Shown here: positions 9,088-19,990 of the stretch, piece by piece
How positions within the stretch are numbered: the first letter of the stretch is position 1
Layout: each line of letters starts with the position of its first letter
Source: an uncultured Planctomycetaceae bacterium
GTDB lineage: Bacteria; Planctomycetota; Planctomycetia; Isosphaerales; Isosphaeraceae
Assembly (NCBI GenBank): GCA_963833985.1
Contig: CAWIAD010000001.1
Location: 2,784,001 to 2,848,000 of the forward strand
Direction: 5' to 3'
Length of the DNA stretch: 64,000 bases
The notes under the pieces: model-generated
Seen by the model: only the letters and a program-made list of their open reading frames with translations
Told to the model about the DNA's origin: nothing
The model's database searches: none
Program-made: the position numbers and the translations under genes

Positions 9088-11221
9088 GCTCGCAGTAGAC
9101 CGTCACCGGCACCTGGACGCAGACCTCGACCGGGACCTGCTTGCAGATGGTCTTCGGCACGCAGACCGTCTTCATCTCGGTCACCTGCCTGGGCACCGTC
9201 ACCGGGCACACGATCGTCTTCGGCTCGACGATTTGCTGGCAGGTGGTGTAGGGAACCTTGCGCACGCACTGCACCGTCTGCATCTCGCAGACGGTCTGGC
9301 AGACGGTCTTCACGCAGGGCTCGGTCACCATCTCGCAAACGGTCTGGCAGACCTTCTTGACGCAGGGCTCGGCCACGGTTCGGCAGGTGGTGACGGGCAC
9401 CTGGCAGGTTCGCGTTTCACACACGTTGCGGCAGGTCGTCACCGGAATCTGCTTGACCTGCTGCTCGGTCACCATGCGGCAGACGGTCACCGGCACGCGC
9501 TTGACGCACGTCTGCGGAACCATCCGGGTGACGGTGCAGGGGACCTGCTTGCACACCGTCTCGCGGATGGTCCGGGTGACGGTGTAGGGCACCTGCCTGT
9601 ACTGCTTCTCAGGCACATAGCTGGTGACCGTGTACGGGTCCTGGCGGTACTCGGTCTTGTTGCACATCTTGGTCACGCAGACCGGCACGCAGCGGTTCAC
9701 CGTGCGGGCCTCGGTGCTGCACACGGTGTAGGGAACCGTCTTCATGCAGGTTTCCTGCACCATGCGGCAGGTGGTGACGGGCACCATCTTCACCTGCTCC
9801 TGCGCCACGTACTCGCAGACGGTGTAGGGAACCTGTTTGGTCATCGTTTCCTGGACCATGCGGCAGGTGGTGACGGGCACCATCTTCACCTGCTCCTCGG
9901 CCACCATGGTGCAGGTGGTGACGGGCACCTGCTCGGTGATGGTCGTGGGGACCTGGCGGCAGACGGTGACAGGGACCTGCTTGCGGATGGTCTGCGATTC
10001 GTAGACCGTGCAGCAGACGTTCTCGACGACGGTCCGCGGGCACCAGACCTTCTTCTCGCAAACCGTCGGGGGCGCCTGCACCAGGCAGCCGTTGATGCAG
10101 ACGGTCTTGCCGGGCGAGCAGGTTTGCTGCGTCACCCACTCGCCGCACTCGCGCGTGACCTGCTTGGTGACGGTGTGCGGCACGCAGACCTGCTCGCAGA
10201 CGTCGCGGTACTGGGTTTCCTGGACGGTATTGCAGACCGTCTTGCACACGGTCTTCATGGTCGTGGTCTGGACCGGCCGGCAAACCGTGTAGCGGCACTC
10301 CTTCATGACCGTCTCCCGCACGGGGCGGCAGACGGTATACGAGCAGGTCTTGATCTCGGTCCGCTGCACGGGCACGCGCACGGTGTAGCGGCATTCCTTC
10401 ATGACCGTCTCGCTCACGGGGCGGCACACCGTGTAGGGCACCTGCTTGTAGGCCGTCTGGCGCACCGGCACCATCACCGTGGTCGGCTGGCTTTGCAGCA
10501 CCGTGGTCTGCACCGGCACCTGCACGGTGAAGGGCACCGTACGGTAGCAGGTTTTCTGGACCGGCCGGCAGACGGTGTAGCACACCGTCTTGTAGCACGT
10601 TTCCTGGATCGGGCGGCAGACCGTCTGGTTCACCGTCCGCACGATGGTCTCGCTCACGGGTCGGCAGACCGTGTAGGTCACCTCCTTGAACGAGGTCTCG
10701 CGCACCGGCCGGCACACGTTGTAGACGCAGGTCTTGATCGCCGTCTCCCGGACCGGGCGGCTGACCGTGTACGACCTGGTCTCGTAATGGGTCTCGCGCA
10801 CCGGGCGGTAGACGGTGTAGGTCACGTCTTTCCAGATCGTCCGCTGCACCGGCCGTTGCACGGTGTACTGGACCTCACGGCTCACCGTGCGATACACCGG
10901 ACGGTTGACCGTGTAGGCCTCCTCACGCACGTGCTGCTCCACGACGTTGCGGGTCGTCGTGATGGTCCGCGGCTGCATCACCGTCTCGCAGACGGTCCGC
11001 ACGCAGGGAACCTGCTGCGTCTCATAAACGGTCTCCTGCACGTTCCGGAGTACCGTTTGACGCTGGAGTTGATACTGGACATGCCCGCCACACTCCTGGG
11101 GCACGGGGCAAACTCGGCACGAGGCACCACCAGCATAACTCGCTGCCTGGGCCGGGCGCGCGGTAACCCCCAGCCCCAGTCCCAGGGCAAGCAGGGCAAC
11201 CAACGGTAGTTTTCTCAACAT
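8951..11221 (-). CDS. Secreted Cys/Thr/Val-rich YTV-repeat protein (planctomycete envelope protein)
   Basis: Signal peptide ending AQA; dozens of ~16-aa repeats (YTVCRPVxET, VPVTTCRMV); GGAG RBS upstream of ATG 11221. Confidence 0.85.
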   Translation of the reverse strand: MLRKLPLVALLALGLGLGVTARPAQAASYAGGASCRVCPVPQECGGHVQYQLQRQTVLRNVQETVYETQQVPCVRTVCETVMQPRTITTTRNVVEQHVREEAYTVNRPVYRTVSREVQYTVQRPVQRTIWKDVTYTVYRPVRETHYETRSYTVSRPVRETAIKTCVYNVCRPVRETSFKEVTYTVCRPVSETIVRTVNQTVCRPIQETCYKTVCYTVCRPVQKTCYRTVPFTVQVPVQTTVLQSQPTTVMVPVRQTAYKQVPYTVCRPVSETVMKECRYTVRVPVQRTEIKTCSYTVCRPVRETVMKECRYTVCRPVQTTTMKTVCKTVCNTVQETQYRDVCEQVCVPHTVTKQVTRECGEWVTQQTCSPGKTVCINGCLVQAPPTVCEKKVWCPRTVVENVCCTVYESQTIRKQVPVTVCRQVPTTITEQVPVTTCTMVAEEQVKMVPVTTCRMVQETMTKQVPYTVCEYVAQEQVKMVPVTTCRMVQETCMKTVPYTVCSTEARTVNRCVPVCVTKMCNKTEYRQDPYTVTSYVPEKQYRQVPYTVTRTIRETVCKQVPCTVTRMVPQTCVKRVPVTVCRMVTEQQVKQIPVTTCRNVCETRTCQVPVTTCRTVAEPCVKKVCQTVCEMVTEPCVKTVCQTVCEMQTVQCVRKVPYTTCQQIVEPKTIVCPVTVPRQVTEMKTVCVPKTICKQVPVEVCVQVPVTVYCEPAAVLPSSQSVVASSQSLPVCTVPPCDPCDARHPLFGRLGGLFHH

Positions 11222-11558
11222 CGGACGCTCCACGAGGTACACTCCCGACGAACTTCAGCGCTCACCGATTCACGGACCATGAGACTCCGCCTCCGGCCCG
11301 GAACCGCCAACTCACAGATAAGCTTCGTCACGCCAAACCCAGTGGCTTAAAGAACTTTCTCCAAATTTCCCAATGGTCTTATTTTCCCAAAACGCAATGT
11401 TTGCCCAGATGTTACGCCAGTCATGCAAACCGCCCTCACTACCGTAAAATGCGGCACGAGCCGGAGAGCAGAGTGTTTCACTCACTCGTGAAAAGCGCGC
11501 ACCTCGACCGCAGGCTCTGGTCGATGGTTGCCTCTGAGCACGGCCTGGCGGCGACTCG

Positions 11559-12473
11559 CTATTTCGACTTTCCCGCGATCCTCTGCTGGAGCTCGGCCCT
11601 CAACTTCAGCACCGCTAGCTCCTTGGCCTTGGCCTCGACCTCCACGGTCAGGTCAAGGCCAAGCCAGCAGCCGGGGAAGTCGTGGATCTCGATGAAATCG
11701 TGGTGCCGCTCGGGTTGTGCTCCCTTCCACCCGGCGACAGGGCTGGAGATGTGAAAGAGCGGCTCGCGATTCCAGGTGGCGATGGCCATCCCGGTGGCCT
11801 CTTCCACGCTGAGGCCATCCACCAGGCAGCGGTGGTGATGCACGTCGTAGACCAGCGGCAACCCCTCGGCGCGGCAGAGGGGCAGCAGATCGGCCGGTGT
11901 GAAGATGGTGTCGTCGTTCTCGACCGTCAGCCGGCTGCGGGCGCGGGGCGACAGACGCTCGAGGTTCCGCGCAAAATCGTCCAGGGCCGTTGCCTTGTCG
12001 CCATAGGCACCACCCCCGTGGATGTTCACCACGTCGGCACCGACCCACTCGGCAACCTCGGACTGGTACTCGAGTTCGCGAATCGAGGCTGCCACCACCT
12101 CGGCCCGGCGCGAGTTCAGGACGACGAACTGGTCGGGATGGAAGCAGACTCGCAGGCGGGCCTGCCGCGCGAATTCCCCACATTGCCTGAACCTGGAGAC
12201 GATCGCATCGCCGCCGGGAAGCTCCTCCATCCGGTATCCAAGCTGGGGATGAGTCCTGAGCGGCAGGATCTGGCTGTTGATTCGAAAGCAGCCGATCTGG
12301 TTGCGGGCACAGAACTCGAACGCACTCAGCAATGCCCCGGCATTGGCCATGCAGAGCCGGTCGAGTTTCTGCAAGCCATCGGCACGGCTCATTCTCCCGA
12401 CCGCTGCCGCCGTCGTGTTGAAGAACTTGATGGGCTCGTCCCGGAAGATGCAGCAGAGGCCAAGTCGAATCAT
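11559..12473 (-). CDS. uvsE: UV DNA damage repair endonuclease UvsE/UvdE
   Basis: RLGLCC, FRINS, HPDQFVVLNS, NIHGGG, TVENDD, VYDVHHH and VEAKAKELA motifs. Confidence 0.92.
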   Translation of the reverse strand: MIRLGLCCIFRDEPIKFFNTTAAAVGRMSRADGLQKLDRLCMANAGALLSAFEFCARNQIGCFRINSQILPLRTHPQLGYRMEELPGGDAIVSRFRQCGEFARQARLRVCFHPDQFVVLNSRRAEVVAASIRELEYQSEVAEWVGADVVNIHGGGAYGDKATALDDFARNLERLSPRARSRLTVENDDTIFTPADLLPLCRAEGLPLVYDVHHHRCLVDGLSVEEATGMAIATWNREPLFHISSPVAGWKGAQPERHHDFIEIHDFPGCWLGLDLTVEVEAKAKELAVLKLRAELQQRIAGKSK

Positions 12474-12858
12474 AGGTGTTGCTGCAAGCTGGATGTTCGA
12501 TCCGGGTCCGTGAAGCCGCCTTGCCTTCCCGCAACCCGATGCATGTCCTTTTAGCGTAGGGATGCGGTCAAGATGCGACGCCGCTGGCTACCTGGGCAAC
12601 GCCCTCGCGGTCGGGTCTCTGGTGACTCGCTGCAATCGGCGACAGGGATGGGAAGGGTGCCAGCATCATTCCACAAAGGCGCGGTATCGTTTCCCAAGAT
12701 TGTGGGTGGCTTCACCTTGGATCCCTTCGGGCCGGTGTCGCACCTGGGCCGCGCGCTCGTCGCGTGGTGAGAGAACGTTCTTCATCAAGAGCTGCAGAAG
12801 CGTCGCAGGCGGAAAACAGCGGCTTGGATCTGCTCGCGCCGTACTTCTGTGGCCAAGT

Positions 12859-15646
12859 CTACTCCTCTCGGTACGGCTGCTTCGCCTGGAAGCGTCTCAG
12901 CATCGTTTCGCCAGCTTCTTTGTCTTCCGGTTTGGAGAAGCGCTCGTTGGCCTTCGTCTGCCATTTCACGGCGAGATCGAAGTCGCCGGCTTCGGCGTAG
13001 GCGGCGGCGAGCGTGAGGAGGGCGTCAGAGTTGTTCCATCCTGTCAGCTCGCAGGCCTTTGTGGCCGAGTCCACGGCTTTCTTGCCGTCGCGGTACCTTC
13101 CATCGGGGCACGTAGCCAGCAGCCACGCGCGGCGTTCGTATGCATCCGCATAGTCCGAAGCCACGCGAACGGCCTGGTTGAAGTCGGACAGGGCTGCGTC
13201 GTACGCCTTCGTGTTCCTCCGGGCGCAACCGCGCCAGATGAAGGCTTCGCCGTTCCGGGGGTCGAGCTGAAGAGCCTGAGTGAAATCTGAGATCGCCTTG
13301 GTGTCCAGGTCAGCGTGCAGCCATGTCTTGCCGCGTTCGAGGAGGGCGAGTGCATCACGAGGATTGAGCTGGATGGCCCGGTCGAGGTCCTTGAGAGCCT
13401 CGTCGTACTTCTTCATCGCATGGAGGACGAATCCCCGATTGAAGTACGACGAGGCGTCATTGCCGTCGAGCTGGATGGACCTGTCCAGATCGGCGAGTGC
13501 CTTGTCGTACTCGCCCCTGTCGCCGAAAACGCGTCCGCGTTGATTCAGCGCCCACGCATCAACCGAGCCCAGTCGAAGAGCTTCGGTATAGTCGCTGATG
13601 GCCTTATCGTCGTCGTTTTTCTTGTCCCAGGCCAGTCCACGATTGAGATATGTCAATGCGGAGTTTGGCTCCAGTCGGAGGGATTCATCGTAGTCGGCGA
13701 TCGCCCTGCCATAGTCATTCATCGCGGCCCGAGCCTGACCTCTGCTGAAAAAAGCGCCGGAGTTCCTGGGATCGAGACGAATCGCCTCGTCGAAGTCGGC
13801 GATGGCTTTCGCCTGTTCGTTCTTGCTTTTCCAGGTCAAGCCGCGACCCTCGTAAGCGGCAGACAACTTCGGGTTGAGTCGGATGGACTGATCGTAATCG
13901 GCAAACGCTTTCTCGTATTCGCCCTTCCTTGCCCAGACGCTGCCACGGTTGTTGTAGTTCAAGGCATGGTCCGGCCTCAGGCGAATGGCCTCGGTGTAAT
14001 CGCTGAGCGCCTTGTCGAGATCATTCTTCTTGAGCCATTCGGTTCCCCTGTTTTCGTAGGCTCGGGCCTCTTTGGGCTCGAGGCGAATGACCTCGCTGTC
14101 ATCTTCGATGGCTTTTTCAGTCTCCCCTATCTGGGCGAGCGCAAGGCCCCGCCAGAAATACGCTTCGGTCAGCTTCGGATCGAGCCGGATCGCCTCGTCG
14201 CAGTCCGCGATTGCCTTGTCGAATTCGCGCTTCACAGCCCAGGCATGTGCTCGGCTGACGTAGTGATAGGAATAAGCCGGCCAGAGGCGTATCGACTCCG
14301 TATAGTCGGCGATCGCTTTATCGTAGTCCTCCTTCCGATCGAGGTAAACATTTCCACGGTTGACAAGGGCGACAAAGCTATCCGGCTGAAGCCGGATCGC
14401 CTCGGTGAAATCAGCCACAGCTTGATCCGGTACTTTCATCCACTTCCAGACGAGCCCTCGCCGGCAAAATGCATCAACCTTGATGGGGTTGATCTTGATT
14501 TCGCTCGAATAGAAGTCGATCGCCTGGTCGAGCGGAACCAGTCTGGTGTCTACCACCCAGCCGACCACCCCCGAAGAGGCAATCTTGACCTGATTGCCAT
14601 CGACCTGTTCGACAGTGTAAATCCGGAACTGGCTGTCGTCGTCGACAACGGCAGCGTCTCCGTCCTGGAGGGGAGTCGGGTATTTTGTCACAACCTTCTG
14701 ACCGACCTGGAACAGCGGCGGTTGGTCGGCGTGTTGGTTCGCTGGCGGCATCACCGCGAAGAGCTGCGATCGAACGAGAACTCCGGCGAGGGAGGCCATC
14801 GCCACTGTCGTTGCGATGGCGACCGTGGCGATCCTGGCCCACCGGAGCATCGCCATGCTCTTCAAGATCTCTGCCATCAGGCACGAACCCGTCGAGGAGA
14901 CCGCTCCGCCGGATGCGGTCTCGAGCACAAGGTGTGCTGTGGACCTGACCAGAGAGTCCGACAGTGCCGGTGCGGAGATCCGCTGCGGCAGAGCCACGAA
15001 CCCCGCTCCTCCGGGACGCGAGATCCCGCGACGGGTCAGCCTGGCCTTCAACTGCTTACGGGCCCGCATCAGCCTGATCCCGAGCGTGCTGGGAGGGCAG
15101 CCAAGCGTGCTCGCAGCCGCCTCATGAGTCATGCCCTCGAGATAACAGAGGATGATCGCCTCCCGGTACTTGCGCGGGAGTCTCTGCACCTCCTGATGGA
15201 GCGCCTCACTGTCGACCCCTCCGTCCTCCGGACGCGTTGCGTCGGCATTGAGCTCGCGGCTCATCATCTCACCGAACTTTCGTTCCTCAGCTTTTCTTCT
15301 CGCCGTTCTCGACCGGACCCGGCGCGACGCGGAGGGCAACGCCGTGCAGCCAGCCTGCCACCGACCGGTGCTCGCGAATCAACCGCGCTCTGTTGGCCAG
15401 GATCAAGAACGTGGCTTGAAAGGCGTCCTCGGCGTCGTGTCGATCGACCGCGATCCTGCGGCAAACGGCGAAGACCATGGGGCCGTGCCGCAAAACCAAC
15501 GTCTCGAACGCCGCCTCGGAAAACTCGTTCGGACCAGACAGGAAGCGTTCCAGTAGCTCGATGTCCGATAGCCCGCTGGCGGTGCCCGCACTGAAGAGGA
15601 TACCCGTTGATCGATGATCCGCCGCAGCCCAGTCGTTCATCGCCAT
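12859..15646 (-). CDS. ECF sigma factor fused to a TM helix, SH3-like domain and long TPR array (frameshift near 15320)
   Basis: Region 2 (FETLVLRHGPMV...DAEDAFQATF...WLHGVA) in 15287-15646; region 4 (LPRKYREAIILCYLEG...AA..LG) and many AIADYTEAIRLDP TPRs in 12859-15339. Confidence 0.85.
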
Positions 15647-15985
15647 CTGTCTCCCGACAAATCCTCGTCTCCGTTCAGTATAGTGCGGCCGGCCGAGAAG
15701 AACCTTTCACGACTCTTCGAGAATTGCTGGAATCTCCGTCCGAACAGAGTACGCGGCACCACTGCCGTCGGCCGGACCTGGCTATGCTGACGGACTGCAG
15801 GAAGGTCTGAGCTCCCAGCCAGAAGGCAGTGATGCGCATGGGCAAACCTCGGGAACCAACCATTACCCGCGGGTTGCGGGCCGGGGCCGTGAAACGGGGA
15901 TGAGACCCACGGGATGAAAGGAATTCAGCCTGCCGAGTTCGCTCTCGGGTCTGCTATCATGCCGGATAGGGAGGAGGTCCCGATC

Positions 15986-16273
15986 ATGCCGATCCTGTTG
16001 ACACTTGCCGGTGTGTATCGCGACGGCAAAGTGGAGTTTACGGAACGTCCCGCTGGCGTGGGTGAGGACGTGCCCGTACTGGTGACTTTCCTACCCGGGA
16101 ACCAGGTGAGCCAGTCGAAGCCACCGTCTCGTTTGACCGAGGAGGAACGCCGGTCAGCGCGCGAGCGCGTCCTGGCCCGTTTGAAGCAGGCAATGCCTTT
16201 CGGCGGACCGCCATATCCTGAGCGTGACGAATTCTATGACCGATTCGATGGCCGAGACGAGAGTCCTCGTTGA
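15986..16273 (+). CDS. Putative antitoxin (VapB-like)
   Basis: GVYRDGKVEF...VLVTFL N-terminus and RDEFYDR C-terminus; GGAGGAGG RBS; overlaps the PIN gene. Confidence 0.7.
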   Translation: MPILLTLAGVYRDGKVEFTERPAGVGEDVPVLVTFLPGNQVSQSKPPSRLTEEERRSARERVLARLKQAMPFGGPPYPERDEFYDRFDGRDESPR

Positions 16274-16600
16274 TACCAACATCCTGATTTATGCCGCCGA
16301 TCCTCAAGCCGGAGACAGGAATCGCAAGGCCGTGGAACTCGTTGATCGTTTGATGGCTCAGGACCGCATGGTCGTCAGCGCTCAGGTTCTCAACGAATTC
16401 TTCCACGCTGCGACGCGCCCTAACAAACCTCCCTCGCTTTCGTACCACGACGCTTATCAAACGATCAGGGATCTTGCGCAAGCTGTCCCGGTCCTGGCTT
16501 TGACCGGCCCGATTACCCTCCGTGCCCTGGCACAATCCGCGCTGGGTCTGGGCTGCGAGGCAGCAGAGGACGCCCGGCAGGCGCTCTGGCCCTGGAGGAC
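16248..16600 (+). pseudogene. PIN-domain (VapC-like) toxin with eroded C-terminus
   Basis: VLVDTNILIYA and SAQVLNEF are present, but the C-terminal xDA and S/T-D acidic motifs are missing in frame, and the ORF runs into the next gene. End coordinate approximate. Confidence 0.6.
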
Positions 16601-16605
16601 GGTAG

Positions 16606-18282
16606 ATGGCGGACGCTCAGACGCACGGCAAGGGGCGCGGAAATCTCAGGGTTGCACTGGCCGCCTCGGTGGTCATCGCTGCGGCGATCGGCATGTATAT
16701 TTACCGATCACCGCAGGCGGATGGGGCACGGCGGATCCTGGCTCGGATCACCCGGGCCCTGGGAAGGCTTGCCGGCAAGGAGGATCGAGTCAGGAAACCC
16801 GTCGGGGTCATCATCCAGGAGATCGAGCACGGCGACGCAGTGCAGCGGGCGCAGGCCATCGGATCGGTCTGCGACGAGTTGACGGGACCGGCCGAGTTCG
16901 TGCAACTTGTTCCAGCTCTCATCGGGGCCATGGAAGATGAATCGAAGATCGTTCGGGACACGGCGACGGCTGCTCTCAACAAGCTGATCCTTCTTTACGG
17001 CCAGGACGGGTCGGCAACACAGCTCGAGGAGAGTCTCGTTCGGCTTCTTGATGAGCCCGAGCCGGAACTGCGTGTCCAGGCGGCGGGCCTGCTGAGAACG
17101 CTGGCCGCGCTCCGCAAGCTTGACGTTCCGCCGCCGCGACTGCTCGAGTGCCTGGACGACGATTCCGGAGCGGTCCGAGCAGCCGCGGCAGCTTCCGTGA
17201 TCGAGTACGGTCAGGGGCCAGAACTGTTCCTGCCCGTTGCGCTGCGACGCCTTCCCAACGAAAGCCCGGTCGCCTGGCATGAGTTCACGCATATCCTCGA
17301 GTCCATTCGCTTCCGGCCCACCGTCTTATCGCTCTTGATCGAAGGATTATCGAGTGAGAACAGCTTTGTGTGTGTCAGTGCCGCGACGGCGCTGAACCAC
17401 ATGGGCCTGGATGCCGGACCTGCGCGGCCCGCGATCATGGCGTTACTTCGCCGGGAGCTCGAGACGCCCCACCCCAGGTTGGAGCTGCGCCTCATCAACT
17501 GGGGCGATGGCTCGGCCGCTCCGACCCTGGCTGTCAACTTGCTCGTCATCGGCATCGGCGATGATGGCGTACTTCACTTCCGGGTCTTCGGGCCTGATGG
17601 CGGCCGCGTGACGGACGCGGATGAGACGCAATTCACCACCCAGGCCGGTGCGATCTCCGCTCTGAAGAAAGAACTCCCGCTCCTGCGGCCCCCGCATGGT
17701 CTCAGCCTTGCGGAGAAAGCCCGAGTCATTGACGAGGCGCTCCGCATCGTCGGCCAGACTCGTCTCAATGACCCAAACAGCTTCACCGCCGTGGACATCA
17801 TCGAGCAGACATCAGAGGCCCTCGTCCAGCTCTCGCCGGACGGGGAGCCCTTTCCGGGGACCGTCGAGATCCTCTGTGACGTGCTGAGGCGCCCGAACCA
17901 GAAGAGACAGCAAGCCGCCGCCTGGTCCCTGGGGTTCCTTGGCCGGGCCGCCACGTCCGCCGTACCTCTGCTGATTGCCACCTTCGAGGCAACCCCGCAG
18001 GATCGTGACGACTTGCGTGGCACGATCGCCGAGTCGCTGGCGGCGATCTCCCAGGGAACGCCCGATGAGGAGCTTGTCGCCGCAAAACTTGCAAGGGCAT
18101 GGAAGCCAGCACAGCAAAGGCAAAGAACCGTACTCGCGCGGGCTCTTCGTCGTCTTGGTCCGAAGTCAGAACAGCTCGTGCCGGAACTCCGGCAGGTGCC
18201 TCCTGACCCGATACCAACAAGCATCCATCGCGGCGGAATTCCCAGGTCCTTCCTTGAGGGAATCAAGCCGGCTGCGCGCTGA
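16606..18282 (+). CDS. Membrane-anchored HEAT-repeat protein with an inserted non-HEAT domain
   Basis: N-terminal TM; DESKIVR, DEPEPELRVQAA and DDSGAVRAAAA repeats; beta-rich insert at about 17479-17760. Confidence 0.75.
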   Translation: MADAQTHGKGRGNLRVALAASVVIAAAIGMYIYRSPQADGARRILARITRALGRLAGKEDRVRKPVGVIIQEIEHGDAVQRAQAIGSVCDELTGPAEFVQLVPALIGAMEDESKIVRDTATAALNKLILLYGQDGSATQLEESLVRLLDEPEPELRVQAAGLLRTLAALRKLDVPPPRLLECLDDDSGAVRAAAAASVIEYGQGPELFLPVALRRLPNESPVAWHEFTHILESIRFRPTVLSLLIEGLSSENSFVCVSAATALNHMGLDAGPARPAIMALLRRELETPHPRLELRLINWGDGSAAPTLAVNLLVIGIGDDGVLHFRVFGPDGGRVTDADETQFTTQAGAISALKKELPLLRPPHGLSLAEKARVIDEALRIVGQTRLNDPNSFTAVDIIEQTSEALVQLSPDGEPFPGTVEILCDVLRRPNQKRQQAAAWSLGFLGRAATSAVPLLIATFEATPQDRDDLRGTIAESLAAISQGTPDEELVAAKLARAWKPAQQRQRTVLARALRRLGPKSEQLVPELRQVPPDPIPTSIHRGGIPRSFLEGIKPAAR

Positions 18283-18773
18283 CAGCACCCCTGCGGGAGG
18301 AGCCCCCTGTTCCGGCGGAATGGAAGGAGCTGAGTCCGCGGGCAGGAGCAGCATGCTGGGGCTTGTTGCCCGGGGCGTTTTACCAACCCTCACGGCGCCG
18401 GTGTGAACGGCTGCTGGGGAACGCAAGATCCATCATCAGGAACCGGAAGTCGGGCCGGCCGCGGAGAGGGGCCAGCTCGGCGCGAGCAACCCGAGCAGCA
18501 GATGACTGTCGGCGGCCACGGTGCATCATCCCGGAGCTGGTGACGGTCGGCGGCTCTCCCCGTCGGAAGTCGCCGGCGATCGGACGCAGGATCGCGCCGA
18601 TTCTATGTGAATGATGCCGTGGGGTCAGCAAGCTGGATGGCCTCCGGGCCGCGATTGCGTTCCGTCGCATGACCGCGAACCTGGCCGGGCGGCTCTTTGT
18701 CTGGGTCGAGATCACCGTTATGCTGACGTGCATGGCCGGGATCGAGCCTTACGGAAACAGAAGGGCAAGAGGC

Positions 18774-19977
18774 ATGGACAACCCCCAGGACCTGCTCATT
18801 CCCAGGGGCTTTCGCGCCGGGGCCGTGAAGGCGGGAATCAAGCCTTCGGGCGGGCTCGACCTCGCGTTCATCGTGGCCGAAGGTCCCTGTGCGGCCGCGG
18901 GGACCTTCACGACCAACCGGGTTTGTGCCGCTCCGGTAAGATGGTGCCGCGATCACCTGCCGGCCGACGAGATCCGCGCGGTGGTCGTGAATGCCGGCAA
19001 CGCCAACGCGGCGACGGGAGGCGCAGGGTCTGGCCAGCGCCGAGCGCACCGCGGAACTGGCGGCGGCGCACCTCGGCTGCCGGGCCGACCAGGTTCTGGT
19101 CGCGTCCACCGGGGTGATCGGCCGGCAGTTGCCGATGGACCGGATCGAGGCGGGCCTGGCCGCGGTCAGCGCTCAGCTCTCCACCGATGCGGCTGCCTTC
19201 CACACCGCCGCGCAGGCCATCCTGACCACCGACACCCATCCCAAGATCGTCTCGCTGGAGCACTTCGGGCCGGCCGGCCGGTTCACGCTGCTGGGCATGG
19301 CCAAGGGCGCGGCGATGATCGGACCGCGCATGGCGACGATGCTCGCCTTCCTGCTCACCGATGCCCCCGTCTGGCCGAATGACCTTCAGCCGATCCTCTC
19401 GGATGCCGTCGAGAGCACGTTCAACTGCGTGAGCGTGGAGGGCCATACGAGCACCAACGACACCGTCCTGCTCCTCTCCAGCACGGCGGCGACCGAGCCG
19501 GTCCTGAACGGTGCGGATCTCACGGCCTTCGCCGCGATGGTGCGCTCCGCGTGTGAATCGCTGGCGCGGATGATGGCCGCCGACGGCGAGGGCGCGACGC
19601 ACTTCATCACGATCGACGTCGAGGGCTGCGAGAGCCGCGAGGAGGCCCGGACGATCGCCCGGGCGGTGGCCGATAGCCCGCTGGTGAAGACGGCCATCCA
19701 TGGTGCGGACCCGAACTGGGGGCGGATCGTCTCGGCCGCCGGCTATGCGGGAGTGCCTTTCGCCGAGGAGGAGCTCTCCCTCTGGATCAACGGCGTGGCC
19801 GTCTACCGGTCGGGTGTCCCATGCGACTTCGACGCAGAGGGGCTCTCGGCCCGGCTCCGAGCTCAGCGCGAGGTCGACCTCCGGCTTCTGTTCCAGCGCG
19901 GCGACGGCCGGATCCGGTTCTGGACCTGCGACCTGACCGCCGAGTACGTCCGCCTGAACGCCGATTACACGACCTGA
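18774..19977 (+). CDS. argJ: Bifunctional ornithine acetyltransferase ArgJ (frameshift near 19020)
   Basis: FTTNRVCAAPV, NAGNANAATG, STGVIG, ILTTDT, KGAAMIGPRMATML, TSTNDT, DGEGAT, DPNWGRI and CDLTAEYVRLNADYTT. Confidence 0.93.
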
Positions 19978-19990
19978 ACGGGCTGCGAGC

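Noticed and set aside
8954..11209. 751-aa plus-strand ORF opposite the YTV gene, and similar long antisense ORFs (13315-15594, 20033-22201, 29695-31953)
   Set aside because: Shadow ORFs expected from high-GC codon bias; no recognisable motifs, and each overlaps a well-supported gene.
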